From an uncultured Eubacteriales bacterium (GTDB lineage Bacteria; Bacillota; Clostridia; Christensenellales; UBA1242), in the NCBI GenBank assembly GCA_948512295.1, contig CAOQRA010000001.1:18800-82799 (forward strand): DNA of 64,000 bases, given 5' to 3'. Shown piece after piece: positions 45,819-58,300 of this stretch. The position numbers and the translations under genes are program-made. The notes below the pieces were generated by a model. The model was not told the origin of the DNA. It did not search any database and worked only from the letters and a program-made list of their open reading frames with translations. The stretch's first letter is position 1. Every line of letters starts with the position of its first letter.

Positions 45819-46454
45819 ATGAAAAAAGTATTTAGTATTATAAGCATACTTCTATGCCTTTTGACTTTTTCAGCGTGTGGCATTGAAAATAAAGAGCTTG
45901 CAAGCAGTAATATGTCAGAAATAACCGAACTTTATTTTTGCGGTTTTTCGGGTAGTAATAAGGCCTCGATAAGTGTCGGGCGTCGTGAAAACCCTTACAT
46001 TAAAGATGGAAAGCATGGTAAGATGTGTGATTTTTCATTAATTAGTCTGTCAACGCAAGGGCTGCTAGACATGCGAAAGCTTGTCAGGCTTTATATTAAT
46101 GAAGAAATGTATTTAATTGAACTTGAACTTGTTGCAGGTGTGTATATGTATGATTTAGAATATAAAATAGATAAAAATGACAGCGTAAGATTGGCGTTTG
46201 ATGAAGTCATTATAGGATTATGTAGAACTGACTTTGAAATTGATTACAATAAAGCCATTGAAATTGGCTGTAATAGTCTTGAAAAGCAATTTGAAGAAGG
46301 TAAGAATGGGAAAGCTTTGCAAGGCGAATGTTATTTAAAATTATTAAATAAAGCGGGAGAGGATGAAGTCTTTTGGTGCTTTAGTTTATTAATGCAAAGT
46401 GGCGAGCTTTTTAACGTGATAATTGATGTTCATACTGGCGAAATATTCGATTGA
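45819..46454 (+). CDS. Hypothetical lipoprotein (211 aa)
   Basis: SD gagagagg. Lipobox LTFSAC. Confidence 0.65.
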   Translation: MKKVFSIISILLCLLTFSACGIENKELASSNMSEITELYFCGFSGSNKASISVGRRENPYIKDGKHGKMCDFSLISLSTQGLLDMRKLVRLYINEEMYLIELELVAGVYMYDLEYKIDKNDSVRLAFDEVIIGLCRTDFEIDYNKAIEIGCNSLEKQFEEGKNGKALQGECYLKLLNKAGEDEVFWCFSLLMQSGELFNVIIDVHTGEIFD

Positions 46455-46495
46455 ATTTATTTTGATTAAATTAAAAAATATGTTAATATTCAATT

Positions 46496-47629
46496 ATGAA
46501 AAAACAAAGCTATTCAACGCAAGAGAGAAAAGAAAACTGCATAGTGATTGTAGTGTGCACAAAAAAATCCGACAATTTAGTCAGAAAGCTAGAAGAGATT
46601 ACAAGGCTTGCTGAGTCTACCGATTTAAATGTGCTTGCTTCTTTTTCACAAAATATAAAGTTTTTTAATAAAGCTACAGTTTTAGGCTCGGGCAAAATTT
46701 CAGAAATAAAAGATTATATTGATGGCAGTGAGCAGCCTGTTGATGTTGCCATAGTCGACTATGCTTTGACGGGTTCGCAAATGAAAAACATTTCAAACGC
46801 TCTTGGCGTTCGTGTAGTGGATCGGGTTGGACTTATTATAGATATATTTGCTCGTGGTGCTAAAAGCAATGAAGCAAAGTTGCAAGTTAAATATGCTCAA
46901 GATAAATACCTAATGCCACGTCTATCGGAAATCCAGGGGACAAGCGGGCGTTTTGGAAGTGGTGGAGTTGGAATGCGAGGGCCAGGCGAAACCAAGTTAG
47001 AACTTAATAGGCGTATTTTAGAACAAGAGATGGAAAATCTAAGAAAGCAGCTTGATAAAATAAAAAAACAGCGCATTGTTACACGAAGTGCCAGAAACAA
47101 GTCCGGCGTAAAAAAAATAGCGATAGTAGGTTATACGAATGCGGGAAAAAGCTCTCTTATCAATCTTTTAACCAAAGAGCAAATTTATGCAGATGACAAA
47201 CTTTTTGCCACACTTGACACCACCAGTCGAAAACTTTATCTTGGCATAGGACAATCTGCAATCCTCACAGATACAGTTGGTTTTATTTCTGATTTACCAC
47301 ATGAGCTTATTGAGGCGTTTTCCTCAACTTTAACCGCCGCTCAAGAGGCTGACCTTATTTTGCATGTCGTAGATGTATCCTTATTAAATGACGTGGGAGG
47401 GAAAAGCGAGTATAAAGTTAACATGAATATGACTAATGATGTGTTAGATTCGATTAAAGCTACATCTAATAGGCTGGTTTTATTAAATAAGGCGGACAAA
47501 CTGACAAGACCTATAGTCATTGATGATAATGAAATTTTGATTTCAACTAAAACAGGTGTAGGAATTGACAAACTATTAAGTAAAATACAAGACAACCTTT
47601 TTTTAAGGATAGACGATGATGGCAGATGA
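46496..47629 (+). CDS. hflX: GTPase HflX
   Basis: HflX N-domain, then G1 GYTNAGKSSL and G3 DTVGFI. Confidence 0.9.
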   Translation: MKKQSYSTQERKENCIVIVVCTKKSDNLVRKLEEITRLAESTDLNVLASFSQNIKFFNKATVLGSGKISEIKDYIDGSEQPVDVAIVDYALTGSQMKNISNALGVRVVDRVGLIIDIFARGAKSNEAKLQVKYAQDKYLMPRLSEIQGTSGRFGSGGVGMRGPGETKLELNRRILEQEMENLRKQLDKIKKQRIVTRSARNKSGVKKIAIVGYTNAGKSSLINLLTKEQIYADDKLFATLDTTSRKLYLGIGQSAILTDTVGFISDLPHELIEAFSSTLTAAQEADLILHVVDVSLLNDVGGKSEYKVNMNMTNDVLDSIKATSNRLVLLNKADKLTRPIVIDDNEILISTKTGVGIDKLLSKIQDNLFLRIDDDGR

Positions 47630-48338
47630 TAAAAACATGCATGCGGGACACAGGCAAAGATTGTTACATTTAGCGGATAAAGTCCGATTGAAGAATTTGA
47701 CTAATATTCAGCAGGTTGAACTATTTTTGTTTTATATATTCCCAAGAGGAGATGTCAATCCGCTAGCGCATAAACTTCTTGATAAATTTGGCAATTTTTA
47801 CAATATTATAACTGCTGATAAAGAAGAAATAATTTCCGTGCCTGGCATAGGAAAGGCGGCAGCTTTAAAAATTGTGACCTTTTTGCAATTATTTGACTTG
47901 TTTGCATCAAATGCGTTAGGCGAAAAGGTAGATCTTACTTATTATGGCGACTTGTGTGATTACGCTGAAAATTTGTTGAGATTAAATCCAGTAGAGGAAC
48001 TTCACATTCTTGCACTTAATGCTAAAAATGAATTAGTGCGTGATGAATGTTTGGCAAGAGGCTCCTTTAGATATGTATCTATCCCTGTCAGAGTTATAAC
48101 CAGCTTTTTGATTTCAACAAATTGTCCTACATATATTTTAATTCACAATCACCCAGGCGGTGTATGCAATCCTTCCGATTATGACATAAAGGGAACGGAA
48201 TATATGAAAGATGTTTTAACTATCCATAGCGTGCAATTAAGTGACCATTTGATAGTTGCATCCGATGGCATATATAGTATCAATAAAAAGCAGGTGTTAA
48301 GACTTTATAAACCTGAAAACAAAAATAAAGCTATTTAG
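47616..48338 (+). CDS. radC: RadC-family JAB-domain protein
   Basis: GHRQRL N-terminus, HhH (VPGIGKAAALKI) and JAMM motif HNHPGG. Confidence 0.9.
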   Translation: MMADDKNMHAGHRQRLLHLADKVRLKNLTNIQQVELFLFYIFPRGDVNPLAHKLLDKFGNFYNIITADKEEIISVPGIGKAAALKIVTFLQLFDLFASNALGEKVDLTYYGDLCDYAENLLRLNPVEELHILALNAKNELVRDECLARGSFRYVSIPVRVITSFLISTNCPTYILIHNHPGGVCNPSDYDIKGTEYMKDVLTIHSVQLSDHLIVASDGIYSINKKQVLRLYKPENKNKAI

Positions 48339-48540
48339 CAAGCTGCTCATTAAGCTTTTTCAAAAGCAAATCAAGGTCGACTTCATGTGCGGCGCTGGCC
48401 TGCTCAATAGTTTCACTATTTCCAAGCCCGCAAAAAATGCAGAACATACCAAAGCCCATAAAAACATCAGATAAATTTTCGTCTAGTTCAAGCACTTGAG
48501 AAATTGTCATATTTTTAGTAATTTTTTGAGATTTTTTCAT
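48331..48540 (-). CDS. DUF1858 / hybrid-cluster-associated redox disulfide-type small protein
   Basis: ITKNMTISQVLELDENLSDVFMGFGMFCIFCGLGNSETIEQASAAHEVDLDLLLKKLNE matches the family pattern. SD aggag. Confidence 0.75.
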   Translation of the reverse strand: MKKSQKITKNMTISQVLELDENLSDVFMGFGMFCIFCGLGNSETIEQASAAHEVDLDLLLKKLNEQLAK

Positions 48541-48686
48541 AATTTTCTCCTAATTATTAATTTGCCTATATATTTTAACGCTAATTCAAAAATAAGTCAA
48601 ATAATTTATAAATGCGAATAATGCAGAATTTTGACTTATTTATTTTTTTATAAATATTTAAATTATTTATTTCATAATTTTATAAT

Positions 48687-49364
48687 ATGGAAAATTTGAA
48701 AAATATTTTTGGAAAAAATGTGATAGCTTTAAATTTAGGTGAAAACATTGGTTATATACTAAATGTAGCTTTTGATGAAGGACTTAAAAAGGTTCTTGGC
48801 TATATTGTTTGTGACAACGAAAGCGAAGAAGAGTTTTTTCTGGATTTAAAAGCCGTTAAAGCAGAAAGCGAAGCAGGTGTCCTTGTGGACAGCGCAATGA
48901 GTTTATGTATAAATGACACAGATTGTTCAAATCCTTTTGGGAAAATGGTGTTAAGTGACGACGGAGAGCCTTTGGGAACAGTTATAGACATCGTAATAAG
49001 AAAAAATAACGTAGAAAAGATAATCACTACCAAAGGTGAGATTTTTCCTAAAAATATTGAAATAGTGGGCAAAAACTATGTTATTTTCTCAAAAAACAAA
49101 AAAAAGCGTAAAAACATTATAAGAATAAAAAGCACAGTTTCGCTTCCTAAAGTGGAAATCTTATCACAAAAAAAGACGCAGGCAACTTTGCCAGCAAGAG
49201 CGTATGTTACGCCATCTAGACTTTTAAATAAATGTGCGACAATAGATATTTTCGGTTTAAATAATGAATTAATAATAAAAAATGGTGAAAAAATAACCCA
49301 AGAAAAAATTAATAAAGCAAAAAAACATAATAAATTAAATTATTTAATATTTAACTCAAAATAA
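48687..49364 (+). CDS. Probable tandem PRC-barrel domain protein with Lys-rich C-terminus
   Basis: Two YlmC/YmxH-like segments are present (IFGKNVIALNLGENIGYILNVAFD; PFGKMVLSDDGEPLGTVIDIVI). Confidence 0.45.
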   Translation: MENLKNIFGKNVIALNLGENIGYILNVAFDEGLKKVLGYIVCDNESEEEFFLDLKAVKAESEAGVLVDSAMSLCINDTDCSNPFGKMVLSDDGEPLGTVIDIVIRKNNVEKIITTKGEIFPKNIEIVGKNYVIFSKNKKKRKNIIRIKSTVSLPKVEILSQKKTQATLPARAYVTPSRLLNKCATIDIFGLNNELIIKNGEKITQEKINKAKKHNKLNYLIFNSK

Positions 49365-49627
49365 TTTTGAGTTATTTATTTTTTAAAAATATTTTTATTT
49401 TTTAATTAAAACCTCTTTTATTTATTTGTATTTTTAATTACATTTGTAGTAAAATAATATTAATATTATCGGGAAATGTCGTCAAGGCGAAAAATGTGTT
49501 ATTTGATAGCAATTGATGATTACGGCTCAAGTTAATTTTTAAAAGCATTAAACTTTTTAAGTATTAAATAATTAAAGTTTGTTTTTAAATTTTTGCTTCC
49601 GATAGTTTAAATTAAGAGAGGTGGAAA

Positions 49628-52303
49628 ATGGTTCGCATTATTCCAAGAAGAACTAAAGTCAGACTGGAATTTATCCGCGGTATAACCGGGATAGATTTAA
49701 TTATTGCAATTGTGGCATGTGCAGTCCTTGGCGTACTTATAGGCTCAAACTTTACAGGCTCTATATGGGTAGCTCTTGTTTGGGGCGTTTTTGCAGTTTC
49801 ATTATTTTTTAAAATCTCTGACGGAGAGCGAATGTATGTGACGATTTCCTACCTAGTTCGATTTTCCATGCAGAAGAAAAAATACACTAAAGCGCCAGAA
49901 AAGGGCAAAGCAAACATTCATGAAATTATCCCTTTTGAGGGAATACATAAAGATCGTTTTATTTCCTTTGGTGGCTATTACGCTCAAGTACTTGAAATCA
50001 AACCTATTTTATTTGGGTTATTAAACGAGTTCAATCAAGACAATGTTATTAATGCATTTGCTAACGCTATTCGAAGATTAGATTCCACTCAAACCTGCGA
50101 AATTATTAAAATTAACAAAGCGCTTGTTCTCGATAATTTTACATATAACGAAAATAAAAAATACGACAATCTAATGGACATGATGTACGAGGGCCAAATG
50201 AGCCAAGGCGAAGTAGACGCGCGTGCACCTATATTTGAAGAGCGTGTCGCTTTCCTTGAAGACAAAAACAGAAAAAACAAAATTTATAAAGATTATTTCT
50301 ACCTTGTGGTTTTTGATAAAGACATTGAGTCCTTAGAAAATACAGTAAATGGTATGGCAAGTGTACTTCAAGCTGCACTTACGCCAATTACAACTCGTAG
50401 ACTTTATGGTCAAGACCTTGCTGTGTTTTTGAGAGCGAATTACAATCGTGAATTTGACGAGCGAGAGCTTGAAGGCATTCCGATGAGCGAGTACAAAAAT
50501 TGGGCTACGCCTGATAAGATTAAGTTCAGCAGTGCTAAATATAACATTGACGGCAGAAACTATCGCACTTTTGCAGTCACAGAATATCCGCTTCATGTAG
50601 GCAATGCTTGGGGTACCAGTTTCTTCCTGCTTGACAGAACTAAGGTTGTTATGAAGTTTAAGCAAGCACCTAAATTCGAAAGCGAGAAGAAAATTGATAA
50701 AGCGATCATGGATATGGAAACCAAGCTTTATAAAACTGGGAAAACTTCTACTCAGATTGAAATTCAAACACACCTTGAAACGCTGCGCAATCTTTTAACT
50801 GAGCTTAAAAACAATAATCAAAATCTTTATGATGTCAACACATTTATAACCTGCGAAGATGCTGCAAGAAAAGATGTTAAAGCAGTGTTAAAGCAAGGCG
50901 GCTTTTCATATAGTGAAATGTTTGCTCGTCAAATAGACGCTTTCATTAGTACTAATATTTCTCAGCGTGACTATATTAAATCCTTTAATCGAGGAATCCC
51001 AACCGATACTCTTGCAGGCGTGTTCCCTTTTATTTCCAGCGAGCTTCAAGATGAGCGCGGTTTCTATATAGGTGACAATGAATATCCTGTGTTTATTGAC
51101 TTTTTTAAGCAGGAAACTAAAACCGACCCATCTCGTGTCAATTCTAACATGATGGTTATTGGTAAGTCGGGGTCAGGCAAAAGCTTTGCAACTAAAATGT
51201 TGCTTGCAAATTTCGCTGCAGATAACAGCAAAATATTTATTCTGGACCCAGAAAAAGAGTATGACAAATTAACTTTCAGTTTAAAGGGCAAAATGATTGA
51301 CGTGGGCTCTTCATTACAAGGTATTTTAAATCCTTTCCATATTATAAGAGCGCTTGACAAAGATGAAGACGACGACGGAAAGAAACGCTACTTTGAAACT
51401 AAAAAGCAGGATGACTCCTTTAATCAGCACTTGCAGTTCTTGGAACAATTCTTTAGAACTGTGCTGGAGGGCATCCCTAGCGATGCCTTTGAGGTGTTAA
51501 ACTCGCTAGTTCAAGACCTCTACAATGAAAAAAATATTGACATAGACACCGACCTTAAAAAACTCAGCCCAACGGACTATCCTATTTTTGATGATTTATA
51601 TGACTTAATTTTGCGTAGACAAAAAGCAAACAAAGACGAATTTATGGCAAGAAACTTGCGTGTAGTTGAAGCCTATATCAAAAAATTCGCAACTGGCGGA
51701 AGAAACTCCAATCTTTGGAATGGACCAACTTCCATTGAAACGAATGAAAACTTTGTAAACTTTAACTTTCAGTCACTTATCGCAAGTAATAATGAGATGA
51801 TTACCAATGCACAAATGCTGTTAGTTTTCAAGTATCTTGAAAATGAAATTATTAATAATAAAGATTATAATAAACTTCACAAAACAAATCGTCACATTAT
51901 TATTGTCGTCGATGAGGCGCATACTTTCATCAATCCACGCTTTCCTATCGCACTTAACTTTATGACAAGCATGGCTAAACGTATTCGTAAGTATGGCGGT
52001 ATGCAAGTTGTCATCACGCAAAACATAAATGACTTCGTAGGTTCCGATGAAATTAAACGTCAGTCAACTGCAATTATCAATGCATGTCAATATTCATTTA
52101 TTTTCTCACTTTCTCCAAACGATGTAAATAGTCTTATCGACCTTTACAAAAACTCGGGTGGAATTAACGCGGAAGAGCAAAATGCAATAGTAACAGCTTC
52201 CGTCGGACAAGCATTTGTAATTACCTCTCCAACTTCAAGAACAATGGTTCAAATTAATCCACTTGATTATGTAGTAAGTATCTTTAAAGATAAAAAGGAA
52301 TAA
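49628..52303 (+). CDS. VirB4-family T4SS ATPase with fused N-terminal two-TM VirB3/PrgI-like domain (891 aa)
   Basis: SD agagaggtgg. The first ~90 aa carry two TM helices (IDLIIAIVACAVLGVLIG, WVALVWGVFAVSLFF). The Gram-positive VirB4 N-domain pattern YRTFAVTEYPLHVGNAWGTSFF is present. Walker A VIGKSGSGKSF, Walker B IIIVVDEAHTF, and RKYGGMQVVITQNINDF. Confidence 0.85.
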   Translation: MVRIIPRRTKVRLEFIRGITGIDLIIAIVACAVLGVLIGSNFTGSIWVALVWGVFAVSLFFKISDGERMYVTISYLVRFSMQKKKYTKAPEKGKANIHEIIPFEGIHKDRFISFGGYYAQVLEIKPILFGLLNEFNQDNVINAFANAIRRLDSTQTCEIIKINKALVLDNFTYNENKKYDNLMDMMYEGQMSQGEVDARAPIFEERVAFLEDKNRKNKIYKDYFYLVVFDKDIESLENTVNGMASVLQAALTPITTRRLYGQDLAVFLRANYNREFDERELEGIPMSEYKNWATPDKIKFSSAKYNIDGRNYRTFAVTEYPLHVGNAWGTSFFLLDRTKVVMKFKQAPKFESEKKIDKAIMDMETKLYKTGKTSTQIEIQTHLETLRNLLTELKNNNQNLYDVNTFITCEDAARKDVKAVLKQGGFSYSEMFARQIDAFISTNISQRDYIKSFNRGIPTDTLAGVFPFISSELQDERGFYIGDNEYPVFIDFFKQETKTDPSRVNSNMMVIGKSGSGKSFATKMLLANFAADNSKIFILDPEKEYDKLTFSLKGKMIDVGSSLQGILNPFHIIRALDKDEDDDGKKRYFETKKQDDSFNQHLQFLEQFFRTVLEGIPSDAFEVLNSLVQDLYNEKNIDIDTDLKKLSPTDYPIFDDLYDLILRRQKANKDEFMARNLRVVEAYIKKFATGGRNSNLWNGPTSIETNENFVNFNFQSLIASNNEMITNAQMLLVFKYLENEIINNKDYNKLHKTNRHIIIVVDEAHTFINPRFPIALNFMTSMAKRIRKYGGMQVVITQNINDFVGSDEIKRQSTAIINACQYSFIFSLSPNDVNSLIDLYKNSGGINAEEQNAIVTASVGQAFVITSPTSRTMVQINPLDYVVSIFKDKKE

Positions 52304-52305
52304 CT

Positions 52306-55300
52306 ATGTTTAAAATGAAAAAGTTTTACCTGTTTTTATGTAGTATTTTGCTTGTTTTTGCAGGCGGCTTTTTCGTTGCTTGTGGGCAAACAGATTATTC
52401 AAACATTTCTCTCACTGCAGATAAAAATGTGGTTGTAATGGATGTTGGTGAAGAGCAGATCGTTAACTTTACAATAGAAAATTATTTTAATGGAATGGAT
52501 CAAAATCTTAATTTCAGTTTGCTTTCATCTCCAAACAGCATTTCATTTCAAGCCAGCCAGCCTCAAAATGGTACCACTGCTTTGACGATCACTGCATTGC
52601 ATGGTGGCAATGTCACTTTGCGTGCAGTTACCGTGGAGGGGTTAAAAGAATGCACAATTTCTATAATTGTAAACGAATATTCCTCATCGCTGGAAAACAA
52701 TACTAATAATTTGTATCTTTCAGACACTACAAATTTGGTACCCACTTCAGCAGACTTTGTTTTTGACGACAATTCAACTGCAAGAGCCTTAGATTATTAT
52801 TTTTACGGCAGCGCAAGCGTTGATGATCGTCCTCTTAACTTGCAAGATGTTCAGTTGGACGGTAATTATATAAAGCAATTCAAAGAAGTAAAACTAAAAA
52901 CAAATGCGGCTACTTTAGAAAAATATCTTGTTTTTACAAATTTAGAGGGTGAAGAATTTACCATTTCTGAAGAAACTTCAAACATTTACGCAAATGTTCC
53001 TCATAGATTTATTCCTGTAACCCAAGACTTTCAAGGTGCCCAAGAGGTGGTGCTTGGACAAAAATTTACCTTTATTGCAAGATACTCTGACGAATTATTC
53101 GTGCAGAGAGATTTTTATGTCCTAAAAGATATTGAAGCAGACAAAATAACTATGCAGAGTGCTTATGTTAGAGGAGATAATTCTATTCTTGACCAAGAGC
53201 TCAAGGATATAACAGAAATAAAGCTTGTTCCTAACAGAGATGATGGACTTAGCAATATTAACCACGTAGACTATAAAACAGTTCAATTATTTTTGACACT
53301 GCCATCTAACAGCGACCTTATTGATTATACTGCCAATTTGCAAGACCGAGATGCAGTTTCTCTATTAAAATTAAGAGAAGAATTGCAAGGCGACAATAAA
53401 GTAGTGGTTTATCAAATCAGCAATCGTACTATTACAGCGACAAACACTAAACTTATTTTTCAATATTATTACAAAGGTTTTGAAAGCGAAGACGATACTT
53501 CTATAAATGCAAAAATTGAAATTCCAATAATTATTGAGTTTGAACCTACTAAAATGTCTGTAAATAACGAGGCGGGCGAGCAAAGCAGCACCATTTATAC
53601 TTTTTATAATAATTATGCCTCTTCCTCTTTCGGCTGGCAAGACTTTTTAATAAATATCAACCCAAATGATGCAAAGTTTGATAACGTTGTGGCCACCTTT
53701 GAAAGCAATGAGGTGATGCTTCGATATAATAATAAAACTTATCAGAATGGAGAACTTGTTATTACCGACCTATCTCAACCTATTGGAATAAAAGGCGTAG
53801 ATAGTGTAAATCAAGTTAGCGGCGGGGTTGTTACATTAAGACTCAACTATAACATCATTGAACCGGCATTTTTAGAATATCGCATACGTTATAATATTGT
53901 ATCTGGCGCTAAAAGTTTAACATTTACTGACAGCGTTTATCGTACGGAGGGTGTTTATTTAAACTATGATGAAGAAAATGCAGTTAGCTTTAATGGCTTA
54001 GCAGCTGATGCACCTTTTAACATTGTTCAACATAAATTTAAGCCCAAAAACAATGATGAAGTTGATGTAATAAATTTTGTAGACTTTTCAATGGAAGCTG
54101 CTGGCTCTAAATATCTTGTAGTTTCTCATATTAAAACTAAAGCAGTCGGAAGTGGTACATATACTTTAACCCTTGACAATGGCACAGCAATTGACGTAAC
54201 TTTCCGCGTGCTTGAAAAAGTTCACTCACTGGACATTTCTTTAAAAGATGACCTTGGCATTGTTACTCAAGTCAACTCGGTGGAAAACGGAAAAGATATA
54301 TATTTATTAAATAAAAATAATACTTATAATAATAAACTTTCATTTGCATTAATGGCAAACAATAATTTAAATTCAACGGCAATTAAAAATGCCACATTGT
54401 CAAAAGAGGGAGAAGAGTGCTTTATTTATTCTTTCAATGTGACAAATGTCGTTAATGTAGACCTTACAACGCTTACAAATGGACAAGGGAAAATCAATTT
54501 TAAAGTCGCGTATGAAAACGCCGTGGATTTTAAAAGAACTACTTCTGAAAAATTATATACTGTTACCATAGTATCTTATAGTTTAATTAATCGTATGAAT
54601 GTAGACCAGCTTTTGGAAGATGGCATAACTCGATCAGCTGCACGCAGTGAGGTTTACATAGGCACTGATAACACTTATGCAAGAAGCGTAGAATTTCAAG
54701 TTAATACAGAAAGTGCAGGCTATCATTTCTTCCAATATTCAAAAAGTAATTTTGTTTCAGAAAGTTTTAACAAAAAGTTTATATATTGGACGGTAGAAGG
54801 CTCTACAATGTTCTATAATGAAAATTCATACGACAATACATACACTGTTGGAAACTTTGGAACTTTCAATACTCAAACCATGACATTTACTGCGTTTGCA
54901 GATGCACCATCTTTTGTAATTTATTTAGTGGCAAACATTAGACAAATAGACAGAGTTTATTCTTACACTATAGAACTTGTTTCAAAACAATATAATCCCG
55001 TTGCGGAGATAAGTTTGCAAGAGCAAATCCGAGATAATCAAATAAACTTTTCGGCAAATCAAACCTATAAAGAACTAGTTGTAAATGTACTGCCTATAAA
55101 CGCCACCAATGCCGATATAACAGTTATTTTCACTCCTAACAGTATTATAGAAGGAGAAGAAAAGCAAGAGATTTTGCTTTTTGGGCAGCTAAAAGCGGGA
55201 AAATACGAAGGTATTTCAATTGCTAAGATAGATGATTCATCTTTCTTGATTAGGCTTGATTGTTCTTCCTTTGTGAAGTCGCCACTGTCTACAAGTGAGC

Positions 55301-58300
55301 ACAAATTAACTGGCAATCTTAAAATACTTGCCAGTGATTGGCTTGACGAAACAGGCAATATTAAAGATAAGTATATTAATTCTGTCAAAGCTTTTGATAT
55401 AAATTATTCAAATGGTACAGAAAATAACCCATTCTTTCTTGAATCAGCTTCCGATGTGGAAAAGATAGCTGATGCTCTTAACGCTCACTATAAAATTTCT
55501 ATAGCTATAGATATGAGCGCATCTTCTGACAAACTGCCATTAGGAAATTTCTCGGGTAGTATAACAGGTACCAATGATGTAGCAAAGCTTTACGGACTTT
55601 CTATTAGAGAGGGACAAGAAATTGGAGACAATAATGTTTTAACAAGTGTCAATTATGGACTTTTCTCCTCGTTAAGTGAAAGCGCCAAGATTAACAATGT
55701 TAAATTTGAGGGAAGTATAGAGATTGAAAATACCAGCGACTGTTTAGTCAATGCGGGTTTGATTGCAGGGGAAAACTTTGGAAGTTTAAAAAATATTGGA
55801 ATTAATATAACTTCAAATTCAAAGGTAAATATCAATGGAAGTGGAAATATTGGCATTGTCGTTGGTTGCAATTATGGCGAAATCTTACAAGACTTCTCTG
55901 TTTATACTACAGAAATTAAAGTGGAGCAGTATGACGCCGAGGGCGAGCTTATTGTAGACGAAAAAGGAAATCCTATTTTAAAAGAAACAAACCCTTTCTT
56001 AGGATTAAGCACAAATATTCTTGTATTTATGGGAGATTACAAATTAACAATACGAAGTCCTAAAGAAAGCATTATGAAAGCGGGCGGTGTAACAGGCTAT
56101 AATCAAGGAAGCATTATAAAAATAGATAATCCTTTACTTAAACTTTATGGCTATAGTCAATACCTTGCCTATGCAAACATCACGGCAGAACTTAATGATT
56201 TAACCACGGAAGAAACAAATTTCTATTATTCAAATTACACAACCTCTCAAGGCGCAAGTTTTATAGGCGGTGTAGCGGGTGAAAGTGATGGAGTGAATGC
56301 TAAAATTGTCGGACGAGGCTGCTTTACTGATATTAAAGATGAAAATGGTAATGTCATAGGCAAAAATTATAATATCGGCGAAGGAATTTTGGTGGGCGGA
56401 AAAGTAGAGGGCTGTCAGTATGTCGGTGGCATAGTCGGCAGATTTGAAAATTTTGGCTGTGGTAATGATGAAACTTTCTTCCAAGGAATTACTTCCAGAG
56501 CATTCGTCAGAGGATATACCAAGAATATTGGTGCGATAAGCGGTTTTGTTAGCTTGCAAAGTAACGTCACTCCAAATCCTTTTTATGCTGTCCAAGCTGT
56601 GGACGACAGGCGCTCTGGCGTAGAAGCGTCAATGGTTATTCACTATCTTAAAGAACAACCTCTCCGCAGGCAAAGTTATGATAGAAATAAAATTGGCTTT
56701 GGTGCAAATTCCACATTGCAGGTTTTATACGATGAGGATCAAACCAATAAACTTGACAATATTTTGTCTTATAGTAAAAGAGGTCAGCATTTGATTGACT
56801 CTACAGGTTATATTAAAATTGACGATAGTTCTGACTTTGTAAGATATTACGGCGATTATATAGAAGTTGCATTTGCAAGTGATGGAAATAAAGTTTATTA
56901 TCAAGACTTCTTCTCTAAAGGTGAAGATGAATGGAAAATATCAGCAAACAAAGCTTTTTCCGAATTTAAAAATTCCAATGATGTAATTTCCACAAACACT
57001 TTCTATGTCAACTATTTTGAAGTGGCAAGTGTTAAAACTTTAGCACAAGATATAGCTTCAGTACAAACTATTTTAGACGAGAAATATAACACCATTTCAG
57101 CACAAAGCGAACTTTATCCTATATCTGCCACAAATGGCTTAAATTTCCAATCACTAAATAGTGACATTTTAACTTTTGATTCCCAAGGTGTAATAAAAGT
57201 ATTAAAAAAGGGTACCGCGCAAATCAAGGTTTCCAGTCTTTTAAATACAAATTCAAGCCTTAATATATACATTAAAGCTGTAAACTATTTTAATAATAAT
57301 GAAGATGTTTCTATTATTTACCCAGAGACATCTAATGATGCTATTGCTGTCGATGAGGGGCGTATAGAATTAAAAGGCTTTAATTCTGTTACTCTATACA
57401 TAAAACCAAATTATAGTTTTAATAATAAAATGGTTATCGATAAGAATGGCAATGCAAGCGTAGATGGCTTGAACTTCATCCTTTCACCTAACACTGAAAT
57501 TACATCAAAAGTTTTAATTACAAGCTTTGACAATGATACAGGCTATCAAACTTTGGAAGATTTCATAGACAGCACTTCTTGTATTGATGTCACTGTCAAT
57601 GGTCAAACAATCAACTTTAGTCGCAGGAGTAACACCTTAGAAGGCAAATATGGTCTTAAATTTAATTCATATTTATATTCTGATAATGGCTTGCGTGCTG
57701 AGGTTAATAAAGAAATTACAAAAACACCACTTTTCTATACAAGAGGTGCTCAAAGTATTCAATTAAAAAAACATGATAGCATAACTATTACAGCAAAGCG
57801 AGTTGGCGTAGATACAATTTTAATTAACTCTTCAAGTGTGGAGGCTAAGCCTTATTTTGCAATCTATGATGCACAAGGCAACTTTATTCAAGGCGACTTT
57901 GATGAGGCTACAAGGACTTATATTGAGTTAAATAATCAAAAAGAGGGATTGTTTGACATCCTTATTAAGCCAGAGCAAAGTGCTGCAACTGGCTTGCAAG
58001 AATTTGACTTTTCAATTGCGGTAAACAAATTTAGCCAGATGTTTAAAGATCGTCATTTAAAAGATATATATGGCTATTACAAAATTAAATTATATGCTCA
58101 GTCTGATACAAATAAAATGACAGAAATTCCTATCTATTTTGAAAATATGAATGTTAACTCTATAAGCGTAGATAACTATTTTGATATTGCCAATGTAGAG
58201 CAAAGTTCTGACTTTTCAACTTCGTCACTAAAAGCTCATCCTGGGCGCACAGGACTATTGATTATCAATATCAATCCAGAAGAAGCTGATTTGGATTATA